Notes under the pieces: model-generated | Databases searched by the model: none | Told to the model about the DNA's origin: nothing | The model's input: only the letters and a program-made list of their open reading frames with translations | Made by a program: the position numbers and the translations under genes | Shown: piece after piece, positions 58,634 through 64,000 of the stretch | Numbering within the stretch: the first letter of the stretch is position 1 | How the letters are laid out: every line of letters begins with the position of its first letter | Assembly: GCA_963677435.1 (NCBI GenBank) | Contig: OY781945.1 | Coordinates: 768,001 to 832,000, forward strand | Length of the DNA stretch: 64,000 bases | Direction of reading: 5' to 3' | From: an uncultured Aliarcobacter sp. | Lineage (GTDB): Bacteria; Campylobacterota; Campylobacteria; Campylobacterales; Arcobacteraceae

Positions 58634-59644
58634 ATGGCTGAAAGTAATACAAAAGAAAATGATATTCTAAAAGGAATGTCAATGTTAGAAAAAGTTGCAA
58701 GATTTTTTGTATTAATAGGTGAGGAATCAACTGTTAAAATATTTCAACATTTACCTAAAGATACAGTTGAAACAATATCTACTGCAATTACACAAATTAC
58801 ATCTATAAATAAAGATGTATCTTTAGCTGTTTTAGAAGAGTTTCATTTGTACACTAGATCAAAAAGTTTTATTAGTTCTGGTGGATATGATTTTGCAAGA
58901 GAAATTTTATATAAATCTCTTGGAAAAAATGAAGCAGATGAAGTATTAGCAAAATTATCAAAAATGAAATTGGCTTCTCAAGCTTTTTCATATTTGGATG
59001 GAATTAATCCAAAACAATTGAGTGACTTTATCAAAGATGAATCACCACATACAATAGCCGTAATATTATCTCATATGGATCCTAACAAATCTTCAGAAGT
59101 TTTAATGCAATTAGATGAAGAAATCAGAGTAAAAGTTACAATTCAAATTGCAACAATTAAAGATGTTTCTCCGGATGTTGTACGAACTATTTCTCTAGTA
59201 TTAGAGAAAAAACTGGAATCTTTATTATCATCTATTGTTGATGTTGGTGGTGTAAAAGTTGTGGCAGATATGCTTAATAAACTAGGGCCAAAAGCACAAG
59301 ATATATTAAAAAATATCAATGGAATTGATACTTCGCTTGCTACAAAAATAAAAGAGAATATGTTTGTTTTTGAAGATTTATTAAATCTAGATTCTGAATA
59401 TATAATGAAGATTTTGCAAGGTGTAGATACTGCTGATGTTGTAATCGCAATGAAAAATGCTACAGAGGAAGATATGGAAAAAGTTACATCATCAATGTCA
59501 CAAAGAGCAAGAGATAGATTTAAAGAAGAATTTGAGATGTCAAATAAAGTAAAAATTAAAGATATTGAGACTGCTCAAAGAAAAATGTTAGATGTAGCAC
59601 AAAAAATGATAGAAGATGGCATCATTGAGAGAGAGAATGGATAA
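58634..59644 (+). CDS. fliG: Flagellar motor switch protein FliG
   Basis: ESPHTIAVIL, GGVK.VA, MFVFEDL, MSQRA. Confidence 0.95.
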   Translation: MAESNTKENDILKGMSMLEKVARFFVLIGEESTVKIFQHLPKDTVETISTAITQITSINKDVSLAVLEEFHLYTRSKSFISSGGYDFAREILYKSLGKNEADEVLAKLSKMKLASQAFSYLDGINPKQLSDFIKDESPHTIAVILSHMDPNKSSEVLMQLDEEIRVKVTIQIATIKDVSPDVVRTISLVLEKKLESLLSSIVDVGGVKVVADMLNKLGPKAQDILKNINGIDTSLATKIKENMFVFEDLLNLDSEYIMKILQGVDTADVVIAMKNATEEDMEKVTSSMSQRARDRFKEEFEMSNKVKIKDIETAQRKMLDVAQKMIEDGIIERENG

Positions 59645-60303
59645 TGGCTGATAATGTATATTCAAGTGCTAAAATTTTGAGTAAAAATGAAGAAGTACAA
59701 AAATATGAATTAGGTACTTTTATTAATAGTAATATTGATAATAATGTTCTTACAAACTCTAAAGCAGTTTTGGATGATAGAGAAATAAATGGGCGAACAG
59801 ATCCTGTTCTTATTGAAATTAGAAATTTAAATTTAAAAATAAATGAAATATCTCAAAAAGTTAATAGCATTGAAAGTGATGGTATTAAAGGAAAAGATGT
59901 TGATGCACAAGTTGTTCAAGCAATAAAAGATTTAAAGAATTATGCTGCTTTTTTTGAACAAGCAACTTTTCAAATGGAAACTAAATTACTAAAAACATCA
60001 ATTTCAATTGCACAAAAGATTATAAGTATTGAAGTGGGTGAAAATTCATCAAAAATTGCACAACAAACTATTAATCATCTTTTAAATAAGATTAAGACGG
60101 CTTCTAAAGTACAAATACACCTTAATCCAAAAGATTATGAAATTTTAAAAGGTCAATTAGATTTAGAACCTTTTATTGAATTAAAAAAAGATGCTAATGT
60201 TACAGCTGGTGGGGTAGTAATTGCTAGTGATCTTGGAAATTTTGATGGAAATATAGAATCAAAAGTTTCATCAATGCTAGATTCTTTAGACTTAATCATT
60301 TAA
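59644..60303 (+). CDS. fliH: Flagellar export protein FliH
   Basis: IHLNPKD, GGVVI.S..G.FDG; follows fliG. Confidence 0.85.
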   Translation: MADNVYSSAKILSKNEEVQKYELGTFINSNIDNNVLTNSKAVLDDREINGRTDPVLIEIRNLNLKINEISQKVNSIESDGIKGKDVDAQVVQAIKDLKNYAAFFEQATFQMETKLLKTSISIAQKIISIEVGENSSKIAQQTINHLLNKIKTASKVQIHLNPKDYEILKGQLDLEPFIELKKDANVTAGGVVIASDLGNFDGNIESKVSSMLDSLDLII

Positions 60304-60340
60304 GATAAAAGAAAATCATTTAACAAATAGTATAACTTTA

Positions 60341-60349
60341 TGATATAAT
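60341..60349 (+). promoter_or_regulatory. Extended -10 promoter upstream of fliN
   Basis: TG-A-TATAAT 28 nt before fliN start. Confidence 0.55.
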
Positions 60350-60377
60350 TTATCAAAATAATAAGTAAAGTGTTTAA

Positions 60378-60665
60378 ATGGAAATTAGTGAAAGAGATTA
60401 CGATTTATTAGTTGATACAGAGATCGTTGTAGATGTAATGTTAGGCAGTACAAATATATCAGTTTCAGAATTTCTTAAATTAAGCGATGGTGATATAATT
60501 TCTTTACATAAGGCTGCTGGAACAGGTGGTGAAATTTATGTAAATACAAGAATTATTGGAACAGGTGATATTATTGTAATAGATGATAAGTTGGCTGTTA
60601 GGGTTCAAGATTCTATGGATTCTGACAATGTAGTTCGATATTTCTTCGAAGAACATATGATATAG
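60378..60665 (+). CDS. fliN: FliN/SpoA-family switch protein
   Basis: V.V.LG......FL.L..GDII.L, IYVN...IG.G.I.V....AVRV. Confidence 0.82.
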   Translation: MEISERDYDLLVDTEIVVDVMLGSTNISVSEFLKLSDGDIISLHKAAGTGGEIYVNTRIIGTGDIIVIDDKLAVRVQDSMDSDNVVRYFFEEHMI

Positions 60666-60674
60666 GAGATTAAA

Positions 60675-61358
60675 ATGGCTAGTGATATACAAGTAAATTC
60701 TGCGGTTGGTGTAGATGGTAATAGTTATACAACAGCGATAAGTAATGATACTTTAACTAATGATGATTTTTTGAAATTGATGATTCAAGAATTAAAAATG
60801 CAAGATCCAACGAAACCTACAGATTCTGCTCAAATGTTATCAACACAAATGCAAATGTCATCTATTAATACAAATCAAGAAATGATTAAAGCTATGCAAT
60901 CAATGCAAACAGCTTTCTCACAATCTTCTTTATCAAATGCATCTGGGATTATTGGGAAAAATGTAGAAGATGGAAATGTTAATCAATCAGGTGTATCAAA
61001 AGCCTATACAGTTAGATCGGTTGAAAATGTTGATGGAAATATTCAAGTGAAAGCTCAAGAAATTTTGTATCTTGAAGATAGAGTTACAACTCCAGACCCA
61101 ACAGATCCAACAAAAAATGTGATAGTTAATTATGATCTAAATGGTGAAATATTAGATGATCAAGGTAATAAAACAGGTAAAAAAATAGTTTTAACTGATC
61201 CAGGATCTCCATTGGTTAGTGATGGTAAATTAACAATTCTTGATGAAAATAATGAAAAGGTTCCTAATAATAATTATTCATTAGCAGGGGTATCAGTTGC
61301 GGTGTATTCCGATCAATTGACAACTTTACCATTTTCATCAATAACAAAAATATTTTAA
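60675..61358 (+). CDS. flgD: Hook capping protein FlgD
   Basis: DFLKLMIQELKMQDPTKP.D, IGK.V. Confidence 0.9.
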   Translation: MASDIQVNSAVGVDGNSYTTAISNDTLTNDDFLKLMIQELKMQDPTKPTDSAQMLSTQMQMSSINTNQEMIKAMQSMQTAFSQSSLSNASGIIGKNVEDGNVNQSGVSKAYTVRSVENVDGNIQVKAQEILYLEDRVTTPDPTDPTKNVIVNYDLNGEILDDQGNKTGKKIVLTDPGSPLVSDGKLTILDENNEKVPNNNYSLAGVSVAVYSDQLTTLPFSSITKIF

Positions 61359-61367
61359 GGTGAAAAA

Positions 61368-62828
61368 ATGATTGGTGGATTATGGAATGGACTTTCTGGT
61401 TTAACTGCTTTTGAGAAGGCATTAAATGTTGAATCTAATAATTCTACTAATGTAAATACTATTGGACATAAAGCAGATGATATAAAATTTGAAGATTTGA
61501 TGTATCAAAATGGATATGGGAAAGGTACAGCTGTTGACTCTGTAAGTAAGATTATGACTCAAGGTAATTTAAAATTAACTAATAATAATTATGATGTTGC
61601 AATAGATGGTAAAGGTTATTTTATTGTTTCAGATAGACAAACAAATGCTACTTATTATACAAGAGCTGGTAATTTTTATATGGCTGAAGATGGTTTATTA
61701 CAGACTCAAAATGGTATGAAGGTACTTGGCTTGACACCTCAATCAAATAATGTGGTAACTTCAGATCCAACAAAAACAAAATTTGATGACTCATATACAG
61801 AAAATATTGCTGCAAAAACTATTGGTAATTCAAATTTTTTACAAACAATAAATGCAAGAGCAACTGATTACACAACTTCTGCTGTTGATAAAGGTGTAAG
61901 TGGTGATGGATTAAAAACAAAATCTGCACAAATTATTGATATAAATGCTTTAATTGCTGATTATAAAAATAAGCTCGATTTATATGCCACTACATCAACT
62001 GCTGTTTCATCTCCTTCAACTTCTCAAGTGACCAATATTGATTTGTCAACTTCTATGAATCAATTAATAAATGAAAATGATAGTATAAAAGTTACAATAG
62101 ATAATACTGAAATTCGTCAAGCTTTTGATACAGATATTGCAACAACAATGAAAAAACTTTCAGATAAGATATCAAATATTCAAGGTTTAAGTTCATCTGT
62201 TGATACAAGTACAGGACTTTTAACTATTAATTCTTTAATTCCTGCAAAGGAAGTTAAAATAAAAGATGCTCAAATAAACGAAAATCTTTTATCTATTACA
62301 AATACGCAAGATGCAACTCTTGGTTCAGGGGTTGGAGTAGTTAATAGTTCTCGCGAGGCATTAAAAAGTGCTTTAGAATTTTCTAATGCAAAATTATTAG
62401 ATATTACAAATACAATATCTTTAGTTGGCCAAGAATCTTTAAGTGTAAATGAAATACAAATGAAACTATCAAATTTAAATATATCTGAAAATAGTTCTGG
62501 TCAAGTTGAAATGTCAGATGGTCTAATTTTTTTGAAAGATAATGGAAATAAATTTTTAATTGGGAAATTGCAAACTGCAAATTTTACTAATGAACAAGGA
62601 CTCATGCCTCAAGGTGATAATATGTATGAAAATACTGCTGAGTCAGGAAGAGCTTTTTATGCAGGAACCTTGAATAAAATAGTTGGAAATTCTTTAGAAA
62701 TGAGTACATCAAATACTGCAAATAGTTTAACTAATTTATTAGTTTACCAAAAAGCATTTGAAGCAAATTCTAAGTCAATCACAACTTCTGATGAAATGTT
62801 ACAAACAGCAATTCAATTGAGAAAATAG
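61368..62828 (+). CDS. flgE: Flagellar hook protein FlgE-like, copy 1
   Basis: SNN..NVNT.G, DVAIDGKGYF, YTRAGNF, YQKAFEANSKSITTSDEML; follows flgD. Confidence 0.8.
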   Translation: MIGGLWNGLSGLTAFEKALNVESNNSTNVNTIGHKADDIKFEDLMYQNGYGKGTAVDSVSKIMTQGNLKLTNNNYDVAIDGKGYFIVSDRQTNATYYTRAGNFYMAEDGLLQTQNGMKVLGLTPQSNNVVTSDPTKTKFDDSYTENIAAKTIGNSNFLQTINARATDYTTSAVDKGVSGDGLKTKSAQIIDINALIADYKNKLDLYATTSTAVSSPSTSQVTNIDLSTSMNQLINENDSIKVTIDNTEIRQAFDTDIATTMKKLSDKISNIQGLSSSVDTSTGLLTINSLIPAKEVKIKDAQINENLLSITNTQDATLGSGVGVVNSSREALKSALEFSNAKLLDITNTISLVGQESLSVNEIQMKLSNLNISENSSGQVEMSDGLIFLKDNGNKFLIGKLQTANFTNEQGLMPQGDNMYENTAESGRAFYAGTLNKIVGNSLEMSTSNTANSLTNLLVYQKAFEANSKSITTSDEMLQTAIQLRK

Positions 62829-62907
62829 TGTTTTTATATTAGTGCTAGATTTTAGTGTTAATATATGAACATTAAAGTTCATCACCTTAATAAATAAAGG
62901 ATCAGTC

Positions 62908-64000
62908 ATGATAGGAGCACTTTGGACAGGAATCTCAGGATTAGCGTCACAACAAAAAGCTTTAGATAATGAGTCAAATAATATAGCAAATGTAAATACA
63001 ATAGGATATAAAGCCTCAAGAATTTCATTTGCAGATCAAATGTACCAAGATAGAATAGGAAAAGGTTCTACGGTACTTGATGCAGAAAAATTATATACTC
63101 AAGGTGGTACCAAATTAACTGGTGTAAACTATGATATGGCTTTGAATGGAGATGGATTTTTTACAGTAATGAAATCAAGTACTTCAGGAGGAACTGAAAC
63201 TTTCTATACAAGAGCTGGAAATTTTAGGATGGGTGATAATGGAACTCTTCAAGATTCTGCAGGTAATGAGGTACAAGGTTGGATGATGAGTTCAATAGAT
63301 AGCCAAAATGATGTTACAAGTACAAATCCAAATGCGAGTGTTTTTACTTCTGATTATACAAATCCTTTAGGTTCAAGAATAATTAGACATAGTACTTATA
63401 TAGAAACAATTACAGCAAAAGCAACAGATTATAATACAACAGCAAAATCAGATTCAACTACAGTTTTTAGTGGGGATGGAGGAAAATCAAAATCTTCAAA
63501 AATATCTGATATTGAACTTGCAATAAAAGATTATACAAATTGGTTGCAAAAATTAAAAGAGGAGCCAGATGCTTTATCTTCAACATCTATTGCACAAGTT
63601 TCTCAAATTAATTTTAAATCTGGTACGGAGTCTATTATTGGGAAAGATTCGGACCAAATATATGTATATATAGATGGAAATAAAATATCTCAAAACTTTC
63701 TTGTTACAAGTGCTAGTGATGCTTTAAAAGCTGAACTTTATGCTGATGATCCAGTAACATATGCTGATCCAACTGGAACTTTAACTTCAGCAGAAATTGC
63801 AATTTATGATAAAGCTGCTGGTAAAATAGCTACATATAAAGCCCTTGCTGACCAAATATCAGAGATACCTGGACTAGTTGCTACAATGGCTATTGATTCA
63901 GGGAAAGCAGATGTTTTTAATACTGGAGAATCTTATACTACTTCAACAAATAGTATTGATATGTTAAAAGGTATTATTCAAGTTAAATCATTAATTCCAG
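62908..64000 (+). CDS. flgE: Flagellar hook protein FlgE-like, copy 2 (partial, runs off window)
   Basis: Manual translation MIGALWTGISGLASQQKALDNESNNIANVNTIGYKASRISFADQMYQ...DMALNGDGFF...YTRAGNF; AAGGA RBS. Confidence 0.82.
   Translation, partial: MIGALWTGISGLASQQKALDNESNNIANVNTIGYKASRISFADQMYQDRIGKGSTVLDAEKLYTQGGTKLTGVNYDMALNGDGFFTVMKSSTSGGTETFYTRAGNFRMGDNGTLQDSAGNEVQGWMMSSIDSQNDVTSTNPNASVFTSDYTNPLGSRIIRHSTYIETITAKATDYNTTAKSDSTTVFSGDGGKSKSSKISDIELAIKDYTNWLQKLKEEPDALSSTSIAQVSQINFKSGTESIIGKDSDQIYVYIDGNKISQNFLVTSASDALKAELYADDPVTYADPTGTLTSAEIAIYDKAAGKIATYKALADQISEIPGLVATMAIDSGKADVFNTGESYTTSTNSIDMLKGIIQVKSLIP

Overview
AT-rich chromosomal window from a Campylobacterota bacterium, most likely Arcobacteraceae (inferred from gene order, separate rpoB/rpoC and the flagellar cluster layout). 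It is mostly core genome: glnA; pbp1A-ABC-gpmI divergent from mraY-murD; a tRNA(Phe,Thr,Tyr,Gly)-tuf-rpmG-tRNA(Trp)-secE-nusG-rplKAJL-rpoBC cluster; rpsL-rpsG-fusA; nadK-recN; purE-glyQ-waaA; ffh-rpsP-khpA-rimM; and the start of a flagellar/chemotaxis cluster (flgG, cheY, cheZ, flgF, flgB, fliFGH, fliN, flgD, two flgE-like genes). An approximately 10.8 kb accessory block separates rpoC from rpsL. It holds a decayed integrative element (putative arm-type sites, truncated tyrosine integrase, degenerate IS3, HigA-like relic), trxA-ahpC, an intact orphan short-ParA plus RHH-like pair, a stand-alone secreted Cache protein next to a chemoreceptor, a Methyltransf_16-like enzyme and an MFS/hydrolase pair. 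The best candidates for undescribed biology are the ParA/RHH pair, the Cache-MCP pair, the two unassigned genes behind flgG and the glnA promoter architecture. All assignments come from motif recognition by eye; no searches were run.
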